Shown: one piece after another, positions 1 through 13,744 of the stretch | Numbering within the stretch: position 1 is the first letter of the stretch | Layout: the number at the start of each line of letters is the position of its first letter | Assembly: GCF_004010195.1 (NCBI RefSeq) | Contig: NC_057720.1 | Coordinates: 36,336,140-36,400,139, forward strand | From: Chiloscyllium plagiosum | Taxonomy: Eukaryota | Direction: 5' to 3' | DNA: 64,000 nucleotides | Position numbers and translations under genes: made by a program | Notes under the pieces: model-generated | The model's input: the letters and a program-made list of their open reading frames with translations, nothing else | What the model was told of the DNA's origin: nothing | The model's database searches: none

Positions 1-869
1 AAACAATGAGGATTTATATAAATACTGTTGAAAACATGACATAAAGAGGTTGTTGTAAGACAATAAATAGCAAGGCATGGTTTATATCAGCCGAAAAGTC
101 AATATGTCAGAACTTCTGACTATCAATTAAATTGCCCGAGAGACTCAACAGCACCAATATTCTACCATTCTGAACAAAAAACTATATGTTGATTTTACAC
201 ATATTCATTTTCTACAACACAACAAATAACATTTTACTATGACTTACCAATATCTATTATTTATCAAACCAGCATTTTATAAGTCAGTATGCCCATATTA
301 GTGTATTTAGTATTGAAAACCTTTGTGAAAAAAGTTGCTTTAACGATTTGTTCGCCATATTTTTCTTGAGTCAGATTCTACGATAAAAAAAATTATGCAG
401 CCTGGCAGCAAGCAGTCATATCCTACTGATTAAATGCAGAGGTCATAGGTTGAAGCATTTTAATCAAAGCATTCGAGCCATTTATTGGTGAAGACTCTCT
501 TGAGATAAAAAAATGTTATTGCATTTTGTAATATATTTTAGGAGTTAAAGATTTATTTATGGATCACCTGAAAAATGTAACAGTGTTGCTGGTAACTGCC
601 CGGAATATCATACAAATAACTATTTGTACACTGCAATTATGTGACAATGGATGTGTGACTACATGATTCTGTATATGTGATTCATATCATTCCTTAAGGG
701 CCTTAACATATACTGTTGACCATCAACACCATTCAATTTGTTTTTCCTTAGGAAAGAAAGATTTCAGAACACCTTGTCACCCATGTCAGGTTTAGTGTGA
801 CAAGATACAGGGCAAATTTATGCACACAGGCTGGTACTTCAATAATATATTCAATGCAGTAGGAATCAT

Positions 870-1830
870 AGGATAGTTGTGGATTGTGAAGCTCTATTAT
901 CACAGTCTCAGGACATTACTGCAGGAGTTCTTCAGGGTGGTATCCTAGGATCAACCACCTTCAGCTACCTCAAGGACCTTCCTTTCGTAAGAAGTTCAGA
1001 AATGGGGGTGTTCGCTGATGATTGTACAAGGTTCAGCACCATTTGCAACTCCTCAGATACTGAAGCAATTTGTGTCCAAATGCAGCAAGACCTAGACAAC
1101 ATCCAGGCTTGGGCAAATAAGTGGCAATTAAAATTTGCACCACAAATATCAGGCAATTACTATCTTTAATTTGAGAGAATCTAACCATCTACCCTGATAT
1201 TCAATGACATTGCCATTACTGAGTCTCCACCATCAACATCCTGGGGATTGCCATTGACCAGAAACTAAACAGGACTAGCAATACCAATAACGTGGCTACA
1301 GCTGCAAAGGTTAGGAATTATGGCAGGTAACTCTCCTCCTGCATCCCCAAAGCCTGTCCACAAGTCAGGGGTGGGATGGAATACTCTCCACTTTTCTGGA
1401 TGCTCTTGTCCAGAACAAGCAGCCTACTTGATTGGCACCCTATTCATCACCTTCAATACTCAATCACTCCCACCACCAGCACACAATGGCTGCAGTGTGT
1501 TCTCTCTACAAGATGAACTGCAGGAACATACCACAGCACCTTCCAAGCCTGTGACCACCACCAGCTAGAAAGATAAGGAAGTAAATGGACACGAGCACCA
1601 CTTTCAAGTTGCCCCTCCAAGCCACACCAAATGTCACTTAGAAAGATATTGTATTCATTCACTGTCGCTGGCTCATAATGCTGGAGCTCATTTCTTAATA
1701 ACAATGTAGGCATACCTAGCCCCTGTGGATTGCAGCTGTTAGAGATGGTTCACCAGTACTTTCTCAAGGGCAATTGGGTCACATAACAACTGCTGGCCTT
1801 GCCAACAATACCACAGACCATGAGTAAATT
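870..1830 (+). mobile_element. Decayed 3' part of a CR1/L2-clade LINE (RT C-terminus and 3' tail)
   Basis: ORF 879..1169 has GV(L)QG..LG, FADD and QQDLDNIQAWANKWQ RT motifs; the tail ctcaagggcaatt...tgctggccttgcca recurs near 3470, 10140(-), 47505 and 47670(-). Confidence 0.8.
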
Positions 1831-2116
1831 TTTAAAAAAATGATTGCCTCACCCACTCCCTTTTAGATGTTAAAGAGATGTTACTGCGCCTTCAAAACTA
1901 CTGAACATAACAACGCCAGATTTCCTTTTCTCAGCAATTATCTCAAAATGTATTTACTTGTTTCAGAACATCCCTTTCCTTTACATTAAATAGTCACTGA
2001 CATAATTTGACTGGTAATATACTGTTCAAAATTCATTGTAATAGCGTGATCAATGTGCACATACTTCTTTAGCAGAAAGTAATCAATAAAATAACGATAT
2101 CCATTTCTTTGCTTAC

Positions 2117-2189
2117 CAACTCCCAACTCTGTCAGCATCTGTTCAATGGCTTTGATCTTCTTCTGTCCAACTGAGCTAGGTAGTTTCAT
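2117..2189 (-). CDS. DMAP1: DMAP1 coding exon 8 (MKLPSSVGQKKIKAIEQMLTELGV)
   Basis: tatttag|ATG AAA CTA ... GGA GTT G|gtaagc; 73 nt, ends in phase 1. Confidence 0.95.
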
Positions 2190-2842
2190 CTAAATACAGA
2201 AAACAAGAGAAATCAACAATGTGACAGCAAGTTCATTAAAACTAGTTTGCTGCAATCATGGAAACAAGCATCCAAATTATTCCAATGGCAAATAACAATA
2301 GGCTTCTTTTAAATTTGATATTTTTCTCCATTCTAAAATATAGATGTTTTAGTAAACACAGTTTAAAAACTGATTTAAGTAACAAATTAAATTCCATTCA
2401 CAACAACCAATGCAGAAAGAAAGGCAGAGGAAGTATAACAAATTTTTTTTGGAAGAGAGATTTCAAACCAAATTGCAAGCAGGTAATTGCAAATGCAACT
2501 TGTTCTTTTTGAAAAGAAATGTAAATTCCTTAGTGATTAAAATACTCATCTATTTAAAGTATTCATACACTTTTCTAAATAAACATAGGGATAATGTTCT
2601 ATTGCTTGTTACTTTTTCCTATCTCCATCCTAACACTTTGCAAAACAAGCAAATGTTTTGGCAATGTCTTTCAAGCGGAGATAGTCCCTTTTGACATATT
2701 ATCAAGGAAGTGCAAGCGATTTGGTGGTGTGCAATTTTCTATCATTTTATACCTATTAGAACTGAAGGAAAAACATCTCAGTTTTTAAAAAAAAAATTGT
2801 GTCCCTGATAAACATCAGGAATACAAAAGTGATTTTTTTTTA

Positions 2843-3154
2843 AGATTACTTACAGTGTGGAAACAGGCCCTTCGGCCCAATATGTCCACGCTGACCCGCT
2901 GAAGTGCAACCCACCCAGGCCCATTCCCCTACATTTACCCCTTCACCTAACATTACGGGCAATTTAGCATGGCCAATTTACCTGACCTGCACATTTTTGG
3001 ACTGAGAGAGGAAACTGGAGCACCCAGAGGAAACCCACGCAGACACGGGGAGCATGTGCAAACTCCACACAGACAGTTGCCTGAGGCAGGAATTGAACCC
3101 GGGTCTCTGGCACTGTGAGGCAGCAATGCTAACCACTGTGCCACCATGCCACCC
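2843..3154 (-). mobile_element. Full-length tRNA-derived V-SINE (HE1-like)
   Basis: Pol III A/B boxes (tggcacagtggttagc / gggttcaattcc), central tgtggagtttgcacatgctccccgtgtctgcgtgggtttcc V-domain, taatc tail. Confidence 0.88.
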
Positions 3155-3239
3155 ATATGAAGTATACTGTTCCTACCTTAATTCATAAGCTCACTGAATG
3201 TACATTCTCCTTTCTCAATCTCTTCCAGGACATTCTATG

Positions 3240-3950
3240 CATTTCTGTTTTTATCTGTGGCATAGCTTATAAGAGCAAGAAGATTATGTTGGAGTGTACA
3301 GAGTTTTGGTTAGGCCACAGCTTGAGTATCACATGTAGTTCTTCACCAAACTATAAGAATGAAGCGATAGCACAGGAAATGGTACAAAAACTATTCACCA
3401 GAATATTGCTTGGGATTGGACTGAGATGGACCACAGTGGTTCAAGAAGGCAGCTCAACATCTTCCCAGGGCAACGAGAGACAGTCAATAAATGCTAGCCA
3501 GCCAGCAACGCCCAGAAAAATGAATTTTTAAGAGTGGAGCAGTTTAGCTATGGATAAGCACAGGTTGTTTTCTTTAGAGAAGGTAAGGCCAACAGGGGAG
3601 CTGATTGAGGTGTAAATTTTTGACAGTAATGGACAAGGTGGCGAGAAAGCTGCTATTCCCCTTACTCGATGGGTCAATAACAAAGGGGGTATAAATTTCA
3701 AGGTAAAGGTTGAGAGATTGGAGGAAATGTTTTTTTCACCAAAAGGATGCTTGGAATCTGGAATGCACTGCCTGGAAGGGTAGTTGAGGAAGGAAACTTC
3801 ACAACATTTAAAAGGTAGTTGGAGAAGCACTTTAAGTATCAGAACATTCAAGGTTATGAACCAAGTGGATTATAGATGAGGAGTAGCTTTTTTGTTGATA
3901 TAGACTCAAATGAGCCCAAAGGCCTTTTCTGTACTGTACAATTCTATGAG
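3240..3950 (+). mobile_element. Old CR1 LINE 3' fragment interrupted by a short LINE-tail piece (~3430-3528)
   Basis: Degenerate CR1 ORF2 C-terminal motifs ending in a ttctatga tail. Confidence 0.7.
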
Positions 3951-5485
3951 CAAAAGATAGCAAAGGGGCACATAGCAATCCTGCATTCCACTTTCAGAAG
4001 TGCTGTATTTCTGGCACAAAATTAAATGTGTATCCACAAAATATTTCTGTAATTCAGTTGAGGTAGAACTTTCAATCCTCAAAGAAAAGAATTCAGTTTT
4101 AATTTTAATCGTGAACGGTATTTTTCCTTTGAATTAACTCAGAACTCTGCAAGCCCATATAAATTCACTAACCATTATTAAAGACTTCACTGCTGCAGAA
4201 GTACATTGGAGTGTGTGGCTCATTATTGAGGGAATTTTTATCTTTGACCCTGCAGGAATTCCATCACATCACACTGATCTGCTGCTCATATTTTAGTCCT
4301 CAATGAGTTCTATTCACATAATGCTGAAATTCATACGGATTTGCGTTGGCTCTTGCCTAAGGCTTTCAATTCAAATTTCTTAATATTTTCACTCCTCCCC
4401 ATTTCAGTAGCCTCCACAAGCATTACAATCACCAACCCTCATCATGAATTCACCCTTTCTTGATGCTAGATGTACACACTATCCTCCTTTTGTCCTATCA
4501 TTGTCAGTTGCGCCTTAGTTAGATCCAAAATTACAGAAATTTCCCCACAAATCTCCAAACGCCCTTTCATTTCCCACTCTTCTACAATTCTCCTTAAAGC
4601 CACCTTGCTCACAAAGCTTTGGGATCCCCTCCAAATACGTCAGCTTGTTCAATTTAAATTTTTTTCTGATTACCTCTTTGTAAAACACCATGGGATAATT
4701 TTTTTTACATTTAATATATTACATAAATGCTACCTGTGCAAATTGCTTTTAGGATGCAAGACCCTCCTCATACTTCTTAGTAAGTTCCTAATTTCTGGTG
4801 TAATGCTATAAGAGTTATGCAGTGGACTTTGATACTAAAGGCTGACAGGTCTTCGCGGACAGCAAAAAGGATACCCTATTTGGAGCCAAGACTAAGTTCC
4901 TTGCAGTGAATTTTGCTTGCACTGTCGGGAGGGTTAATATAACTCGGTGGGGAACCAGGAGAGAATATTAGAAGGTAATACTGGGAGCACAAAAAGCTCA
5001 GAGAGGCAAGAGAAAATAGCAAGTTAGTTTGTAGATTTTGAGTAATGGACAAAGTAATGAAGTCTAAATCAGGGTTGCAACATGAATGCATGGAGCATGG
5101 AGTTACAGACAGAGATTGCCATATGGAATGATGTGGTTGTGACAATAATCATAATGAATGAGACCTAGCTCAAGGAAGGACTTGTCTGGATGTTAAACAT
5201 TCCTAATTGCAAAGTGTTCAAATAGACTGAATAGGAAAAAAAAGGAACAAGGGGTGGCATTTTTGGCTAAGGAGAACATTGCAGGAATGGGGAAAGAAGT
5301 TTCAAAGGGTTTGAGAACAGAATCAATTTGACGAATGCTAAGGCATAAGAGGGTGCAATAACCTTGCTTAGTGTAAACTATAGATCACTAATTCACTAGA
5401 TTCGACGACTAACAGCACTCAGATGGCCAAAAAATAAAGGATTATGTTTACGCAGAGCCAGTAATTTCAGATAAAATATAGAGGG

Positions 5486-5802
5486 GATTAGATTAGATCA
5501 GATTACATTACAGTGTGGAAACAGGTCCTTCGGCCCAACAAGTCCACACCGACCCGCCGAAGAGCAACCCACCCATACCCCTACATTTACCCCTTACTTA
5601 ACACTACGGGCAATTTTAGCATGGCCAATTCACCTGACCTGCACATCTTTGGACTGTGGGAGGAAACCGGAGCACCTGGAGAAAACCCACGCAGACACGG
5701 GGAGAACGTGCAAACTCCACACAGTCAGTCGCTTGAGGCGGGAATTGAACCCGGGTCTCTGGCGCTGTGAGGCAGCAGTGCTTACCACTGTGCCACCGTG
5801 CC
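5486..5802 (-). mobile_element. Young V-SINE (HE1-like)
   Basis: Near-identical to other copies; A/B boxes, V-domain, (taatc)n tail. Confidence 0.9.
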
Positions 5803-5949
5803 TTGTTCTAAAGCCTGCCCGGCAATGGGCCGGGTGATATGTTACAGATAAAGAGGAGGCCTGGATTATTGTGCTGATAAGGTGGTGTTAGGTGCTCATA
5901 TTTGGATGCTTTATTTATAGTGGTTGCATTGCTAGTATCCAAAGTCCCA

Positions 5950-6830
5950 AGATGTTAAGAATGTTGAGTTGCAAACAATAACAATTTAACTGTTGGAAGG
6001 TAAAATTCAGATGCGAAATGTAAAATAAATGGAAGAACCCTTAAAACACTGACATACATAGGGATCTGAGTGTACAGGTCCACAGATCCTGGAAAGTTGC
6101 AACATAGGTAGGCAAGGTGGTCAAGAAGACATACAGCAAGCTCACCTTTATTGACTGGGACATCGAATATAAAAGTTGGCAAGTCATGTTACAGCTGTAC
6201 AAAACTTCCTGATGAAGGGCTTTTGCCCGCAACGTTGATTTTACTGCTCCTCGGATGCTGCCTGAACTGTTGTGCTCTTCCAGCACCACTAATCCAGAAT
6301 CTGGTTTCCAGCATCTGCAGTCATTGTTTTTACCCTGTACAAAACTTTAGTTAGGCCACATTTTGGAATACTGCATGCAACTCTGGTTGCCACACTACGA
6401 GAAAGACATGAATGCTTTGGAGAGTGTGCAGAGAAGCTTTACCAGGATGTTGCCTGTTCTTGAGGGTTTTAGTTATGAGAAGTGGGGTAAGCTCAGATGG
6501 TTTTCACTGGAAAGATGGAGACTGGGGAGTGACCTGATAGAGGCCTACAAATTATGAGAGGCATAGGCAGGGTGGATAGTCAGAGACTTTTTCCCCCCAA
6601 GGTGTAAAGGTCAATTACAAGAGGGCACAGGTTCAAGGTGAGAGGTGTCAAGTTTAGGGAAGATGTGCAGGGAAACCTTTTCACACTGAAGCGGGTGGGT
6701 GCCTGGAACAGACTGCCAGTGGAGGTGGTGGAAGCAGACACGTTAGCAACATTTAAGGTGTTTCTGGATAAGACACGAACAGGAGGCAAATAGAGGGATA
6801 GATATCATGCTTGAGCAGTAAGTACCAGGT
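5950..6830 (+). mobile_element. CR1 LINE 3' fragment containing a PLE mini-insertion
   Basis: EYCMQLWLPHY..D..ALESVQR.FTRMLP..FSLE.W.L..DLI motifs in ORF 6363..6557. Confidence 0.82.
6208..6334 (+). mobile_element. 127-bp PLE pLTR-like mini-element starting at a degenerate hammerhead motif
   Basis: 13-bp TSD ctgtacaaaactt at 6195-6207 and 6335-6347; begins cctgatgaagggcttttgcccgcaacgtt; same sequence as the 3' end of the PLE at 31927-32730. Confidence 0.85.
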
Positions 6831-6840
6831 CTAAATTACA

Positions 6841-7153
6841 GGCAACATGGCTCAGGGATTAGCACTGCTGCCTCACAGCACCAGAAACCTGGTTTCAATT
6901 CCAGCCTCAGGCGACTGCCTGTGTAGAGTTTGCACATTCTCCTAGTGTCTGCTCCAGTTTCCTTCCACAATCCAAAGATGCGCAGGTTAGGTGAATTAGC
7001 CATGTGTTCAAGAATGTGTAGGTTAGGTGCATTAGTTAGGGTTAAATGTAGAGTAATAGGGTAGGGGAATGAGTCTGGGTGGGTTATTCTTTTGAGGGTT
7101 GGTGTTGGGGCAAATGGCCTGTTTTCACACTGTAGAGACTCTATGATCTATGA
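6841..7153 (+). mobile_element. Older V-SINE copy
   Basis: tRNA-like head, partly deleted V-domain, ctctatga tail. Confidence 0.8.
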
Positions 7154-10100
7154 TAAAGATTAAGAATAAAAACAGGCTTGGACGGCCAAAGAGCCTCTTC
7201 CTCTCTGTATTTTATTGTATTGTATTATTATATTGTTTTGTATTATATTGAGATGAAAGAAAATTGGAGTCTTGAGGGTTGTTTATCTGTATTTCTACCT
7301 GGACAAGACCCTTGAGATTCAGGTTGCCATGGAGATGTGCTTTAGGAGGAAAAGGTTTTCTCAGATATCTCTGAGACTCTTAGACAAGAAGTCTTTCAGA
7401 ATCTAGGAGAAATGAAGCAACCAGAGGTTGAAAAGTCACAATGGTTCATCACACAGGAATGCAGGTAGGACTTTACGATTGGATCAAAAGATCAAATTAT
7501 TCTGAATTCAAACAAAACTAGAACAAAATCACATAGCTCATACTACAGCAAGAATCTTCAGGGGAAAAAAATCCTCACTATCAAAGACTTGAGTTAAATG
7601 TTGATCAGACTGGGAGAATAAACTCCTCAGAACACTGAGTCCACATAAACAAAATTACTACTTTAAGAAAAGTACTTGTGAAATACTTTTGTTATCGGTT
7701 TTAAAAGTAAAAGGAGAGAGTTCTGTTCTGTAGTTCCAAGTAAAGTTGCCTCCAAAAATATTGTTTTGCCAAGTGCTTTTAGTAAAAATCTTAAAATGTG
7801 CAATTTTTTAATGTTATTCTGTCAGCTACCAACGAGAAGCTTGAATTTCTTTTTCCTTCAAAGTTATTTGTCTCTACTGGTGTCACAAACATCTGCACTG
7901 CTTATTAAAAAATATGTGAAATGTCTGAAGGCTTTTCAAATTCAGCGGGCATAGCTATTCTTTCTCTTTTATAAAGGGAGCACAGAGGAAAAGATGTCAA
8001 TGCAACAATATGACAACTAAAACAGAAGAGTTATACAATTCATCAATAATTTAGCAACTTTGGTTGCTATAGAACAGGTTCAAAATCAGTACATGTAATG
8101 CCAGTTCTAGGGTCTAGATTATGAAACTCATCTAAAATTTTCTTTCATGATAATTACTCATTCGGCAATAACAAAGATCATTTTACTGCAAAACTATTCA
8201 GCAAATGAGTCTTTACCTTTACCATCCCCATATACCAACATTTCTATTGTTTGCAATTAACTGGTTTGATTACTACTAATTAAGAAAAGTAAGAATCAAA
8301 ATTCCCCACAAAATAGGTCATAAATAAATGATCAAATAATAAAAATACCTGGAAAAATTTCAAACTTGGGAAAGATAATGGCCACTTAAACAGTTTTAAA
8401 ATTAAAGAATCATTCCTCAGAACATTTGGTATTTCAACTGGATGAGTGCTTCTTTAAAGTCAGCCCAATAAACAAATTGCAACATGTTAGCCTATAAGAA
8501 CTAATGCATTATTAAAAGTATTTGAGTAATATATTACTCATTTTGATGAAATAAATTTTGCATACAGACTGGCCTGTGTTCATCAGTCTTTAAGACAAAC
8601 TGGCATGGGTGAGTTTTCACATATGAGTTTCAAGTCAGCAATATAAATCATAAAATGTTGGTAATGATAGTAAATTAAAATACACTTTAGCTGTTGGTAC
8701 TATTTAATAAATTCATCCTGTACATTACTGAGGCATGGAACACCTTGTTCTTAAATAGGAACTCTTCTTTTTGCTGGACTATCAAAGCAGCTATACAGAA
8801 GTACCAAAATTACAAGCATTCAGCATTGTAAGTGACGAAAATTGTAATTTCATGCTGCCTGACACCACGAACCAATGATCTTACCTCCACGAAGAGTATA
8901 ACCATCATACAGAATCTCTGATTATCATAGTTTACAGACCTAACTAACAGCTTTCATCCCACTTCAAGCCATTATTAATGCATTTAAAAGATGGCAATAA
9001 GACGTCAGTTTAATTAAGGAAAATAATGGGAAGAAGGGACTCGGACATTGGTACAGTCACACTACAATTAATAGCATGCCCTGGTCAACTCATCAGAATG
9101 CTGATTCATTATTCCCTCATTATCCTTAGGCCAACACACCCAAGAACAGAATTTTGTTTTAAAAATAGTAATATGTATCAAGATTTCCTTTAGACTCTGA
9201 CTTAAGAGAATCCAAGCACACAGTGGGTTTAACCATGACAAAAACTGACAAAATGCCTAACCCTGCTGTCCTTGATACTAATAGAAGTTACAAACAAGAA
9301 ATGTAAACTGTGATTACTACTGATACCACTTTCCACAATCTGGTAGACTTGTTAGACAATTTAGCCTTGAGCTACATTTCTCATTCATCGATTGACTACA
9401 GAGACCAAAACAGAATGAAGACTATTGACACGTGAACATTTTAAACAAATCCATGCAGAACTTTCTGACCTTCAAGAAGGTCCCACCCATAACATGTACC
9501 AAATTGAAATTTGAATAATCATTCCTTTCCTGTTACTTTGCATGACCGGATACAAGCAAGTTTTCAGTGTTAATGTGTTTTAATCCTACTAAATCATGCC
9601 CTAGTTTTCAGATTCCAGAATGTGCAATGAAATAGTAAAGTTTAAATAATAGCAAGTGCTTTAATATACATTTATTTTGCTAGAAATCCATCTCTGAATC
9701 ATATTAGCTATACTGGAAATACAAAATCAACGCCTGAGTGACTGGTATTACATTTGCTCGAGGCAAACTACTTTATAAAGAAAGATGCTTTATTTCATGT
9801 TAAAGTTTATGATTTAACTACCTTTGCTTCTGTGCATTAGATTATTCCACTGAGTCGGCTATCATTTTTGTATTTCCTCACTATTCTTAGCTTCTGCTGA
9901 CATTTAATTGCAACTGTGAATTAGTGTGGAGGGACAGTCAGTTGTGATTCAAGTTTAAGGGAGGGGTATTCATACAGGGCTGATAAAATGGTCTGAACTG
10001 CCGGAAATATTTGGTTCACAGTCATCAATATTCTGGACCACTCTTTAATTAAAACCTCTCTCTCTACCTGGCTAGGTCAGAACAGAAGAAATCACCACCT

Positions 10101-10630
10101 CAACCTCACAAGAGAGCAATTTTCTTTTATTCACTCATGGGATGTGGGCATCGTGGGCTGGTCAGCTTTTATTGTAATTTCCATCAGTGCTGTCAATGTG
10201 CTTTTTTGTTTCTAGTTTCTGACAATGAACAGACAGTAAATAACCCCAGCTGAACTAGAGACCAGGGTCTTCCGAACAGAATGGAATTAAGGTGTACATT
10301 GATTACTGGGATGGGAAGCAATCTACTTAATGTTTTTAAATATAACAAGTTTTCCAAACTCTCTCCATGAGAAAAATGGTCAATAAAATCCAAAAATATT
10401 ATAAGCTAGGCTTAATGTCCGAAACAAGTTATAATTACTGCTATTATTAAACTAGTGCTTTACTTATCCGCTATTTGTCATCAGGTCTGGGAAAATGATA
10501 TCAAGATAGAGCCCCAACTTAGTTTATTTTACGTTTGCATTGCTAGCTCAATTCACATACACAATACCTCAAGTCAAGATTACTAACCTTCTGCAATTTA
10601 AAAATGAAACAATATTTTTAAAAGTCTTAC

Positions 10631-10702
10631 CCTTTGACTGCGTAATGTGACACCTGCGGACTTGAAGTCTGGAAATTTGATGCCTGCTGTCTCTGGTACA
10701 GC
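10631..10702 (-). CDS. DMAP1: DMAP1 coding exon 7 (AVPETAGIKFPDFKSAGVTLRSQR)
   Basis: ttttatag|GCT GTA CCA ... CAA AGG|gtaaga; 72 nt. Confidence 0.96.
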
Positions 10703-11954
10703 CTATAAAACAGGAGTAGGCAGGATATTTTGATACAGAAGGATGACAAAGATGTAGAAATAAGAAAAACAGTTCTGGGTACCACACCTTTTGTATAACA
10801 AAGTACATAATTTCTCTTCTTTGGGATTATTACAGCATCAATTAATTATCTTTTATTTATAAAATGTAGCAGAGAAAATTATTATGCATAGAACAGCAGA
10901 AGATTCTAGTCAATGTGGCAATCACTAATTAATTTTTGATTAGTTAACTTAAAAAAAAACTCCAGCAGCAATTCTATTCAGATCTGCAAAAAATGCATTA
11001 GCATGTGTTGACTGTTTGTCTCACTTGTTACAACACTATATACTTCTGGCACAAATTAAGTTTAATACAATTGCAGAAATCCCTGTAAGAGACACACAAA
11101 AAAAAACACTTTCTTAAAAGCCTCCAGCTTACCAAAATTACCAAATATTTTTAGTTTATGGAAAATAACATGAAGGATTTTCAGTGCAGTTGTCAAACAG
11201 TTCAGAACTTGCATTGTTTATTCATCTTTGTATAATCTGTTCTCAAGTCAGCTCAAAGTTACTGCCAATATTATATTAAATGTGACAAAAGGAGATCATA
11301 GACCGGATTACTTCCTATGCTCATGTACCTCCTAACAGTCTATTAACCATTTCCTATCTCATTTTTTAAATCATAAAATAATTAGATGAACTTCAATTGA
11401 TCAGAAGATTTACAAGTGCTGAATGGAATCAAGTATTCTGCATCTTGAACAAAAGCAAGCCTTAAATGATGGTCTCAAACTGTGACAAATACTCTGAAAT
11501 AAAATGCTCAAGATGGTCAAACACATTAACTTGCTCCAAATGTTGATGCAATTATTCAAGCTAAGAGATAACAGGTGCTGTGCAGCATACAAAATATAAA
11601 TGCAAGTATTAGCAATACTGACTGAAGCAATGTTTAAAGCAGTAAGTGTAATTTTAGACATAAGAGTTATGAATCTGTCATTCAGACTTGTAGCAATCCT
11701 GTCTGAAGTAATTAAATGCCACTGGATTACTTGTAACTATGACAATGGACTAGGTTTACTAAAAATAGATGCTGGGAGAAGCAGATCAGCATCAAGTTTG
11801 AGCAACAATTAATAAAAAAACACAAGGATTTAAATTCCTTTCCTTTGCTTTGCATCATTTCCAATTGAAACAGACTTGTGTGATATAAAATGCTCAAATA
11901 GTCTATTCAAGCATGTTCTTGTACTTTTAAAACAACATGTATATCAGCACTTAC

Positions 11955-12140
11955 TGGTTTTTCTGTTTCTTTTTTCTGCGGCAATTTCTTTTTTGCTGCC
12001 TTGCGCTCTGCCCGACGCATTTCTGTCGTATTATCTGCAGCTGTGATGAGTTTCTGCAAATCTTGTGTTTTCTTTTCTCTTTCTTTTTTCCTCATTTCAA
12101 TTTTTCTTAGTTCTTGTATTAAATACTCTTCTTCAGCTAC
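11955..12140 (-). CDS. DMAP1: DMAP1 coding exon 6 (VAEEEYLIQELRKIEMRKKEREKK...KKLPQKKETEKP; coiled coil)
   Basis: tttgtag|GTA GCT GAA ... AAA CCA|gtaagt; 186 nt. Confidence 0.96.
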
Positions 12141-12917
12141 CTACAAACAAGAGTTGAATATTATATCAAAACAATGCTGACCCCTAGTGGGCAAGTTGCA
12201 TAATATCCTAGATTGACAAGTTTTTTTAAAAAAAAGCTGCACAGAGATTTGTTTGCTGGAATGGGAGTAAAGTTCATTTTCAAACTGCAATTCTTTTTCT
12301 ATTTTCTCTTTAAATTTCACTTCCTTAAGTTGATAGGTTCAAGTTCACAGCCAACAAGTTTTTTATGGTAGTTTATACAAATCGCAATTGTTCATGTACA
12401 GTTGAATATCAGGTATTGATGATTATGTACAGGAGCAAACATAATGTTGTCCTCATTCAGCAATTATAGTTACATTTAGTAAGCAGTAGCTGTAACACTG
12501 GTTTCTTATTCAAGTTTAAGACTGTCACCTTTAATTTTGTCCATTTAACATCAACTAACCAGCACAGAAAACGTATACGTTAAATAAGCTTGACCATGTG
12601 TTATTGCTGAGTGCTACATGATTAAAAACAAAATCTTGAAAGATATTTATCATATAAACGAATTAACAGGCACTTTGAAAATGTGAAAATATCTTCTAAT
12701 CCTAGCCGTTTCTAAAACAATGTTTAATCTGGAATTACTGATCTCCCTCTATATTTCTGCCCTCTGAAATAATTCAATACTTCATGCTCCTGTGACAGTA
12801 CAAGGTGCTGAAACACAATGCACTTTTCTTTAGCAGTTATTACTTTTATCTTCTTGCACCTCTCTTTGATTTTAAAAACTCTAAACTACTTGATCTTACC
12901 ACATCCTCTTTGGATTC

Positions 12918-13135
12918 AGTTAGCTTAGCTAGCGGGATAACTGGTTTGTGATGCAGAGTAATGACGACAGCATGGGTTCAATTCCTGCACCATCTGAGTT
13001 TACCAAGGACACTCTTTGTCAACCTCTCCCTTTGCCCAAGATGTGTCCCTCAAGTTAAACCACCAGCAGTCATCTCTGTCTCTAATTAAAGAGCAGCCCT
13101 ATGATTCAATAGGACTATGCCAACTTTGCCTCTAC
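12918..13135 (+). mobile_element. Second tRNA-derived SINE family copy
   Basis: gttagcttag...gggttcaattcc B box; homologous to the minus-strand copy at ~57705-58160. Confidence 0.65.
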
Positions 13136-13247
13136 TACAATTCCTACAAAAGCCAAAATCTCCTCACATCTTTTACTGATTCCTGCTTGATAACCAGTTT
13201 GTTCCATTTATTAGATTTTGTATTTTACAGTTGTTTGCTGACTAATA

Positions 13248-13397
13248 CAGAGGAACCTCGATTATCCGGCATTTAGTTTTGGATTATCTGAGCAAGATCA
13301 CAAGGTCCCGATGCTTGGCTAACTATATTATCCGGTATTTGATTAACTGAACGAAATACTCCCCGCTTGTGTCCTTCGGATAATCGAGGTTCCTCTG
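13248..13397. mobile_element. 150-bp MITE of Tc1/mariner (Tigger/pogo-like) type
   Basis: Perfect 21-bp TIRs cagaggaacctcgattatccg (13248-13268) / cggataatcgaggttcctctg (13377-13397), TA on both sides, internal (g)attatc(c/t)g repeats. Confidence 0.88.
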
Positions 13398-13449
13398 TAT
13401 TAGATGTTTTCTCTTTCCAATGTACTACGTTATGCTGGATTATTTTTAC

Positions 13450-13617
13450 CTGCTCTGGTGTTCTGTTGTACAGTCTTTCAAGCTGTTCTTTTCTCCGTCT
13501 CTCATGTCCAGCGTCAAAGACAGAGAGTTTGGGATCAGAACCAGGTGGAGCACGGATCTTCGTTAACTTTGCACAAATACTATAATACCGTTCTTTCAAA
13601 TCTTCCACTGAACGTTT
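13450..13617 (-). CDS. DMAP1: DMAP1 coding exon 5 (KRSVEDLKERYYSICAKL...ERLYNRTPEQ)
   Basis: gatag|AAA CGT TCA ... GAG CAG|gtaaaa; 168 nt. Confidence 0.96.
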
Positions 13618-13744
13618 CTATCAAGATATTAAAAAAACAAATTGCACGTGCTAAATGCATCAAAAGTTTATTTATTTTGTATGAATGAACAGCTCATGAA
13701 TAAGGATTACAAGCAGAATCAGCACACAAGATAACAACATATCC

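Noticed and set aside
3085..3154. tRNA-like A/B boxes
   Set aside because: These are SINE heads with no complete cloverleaf, followed by the V-domain.
2953..3156. Recurrent small ORFs such as MVAQWLALLPHSARDPGS and MDCGRKPEH
   Set aside because: These are translations of SINE copies, not genes.
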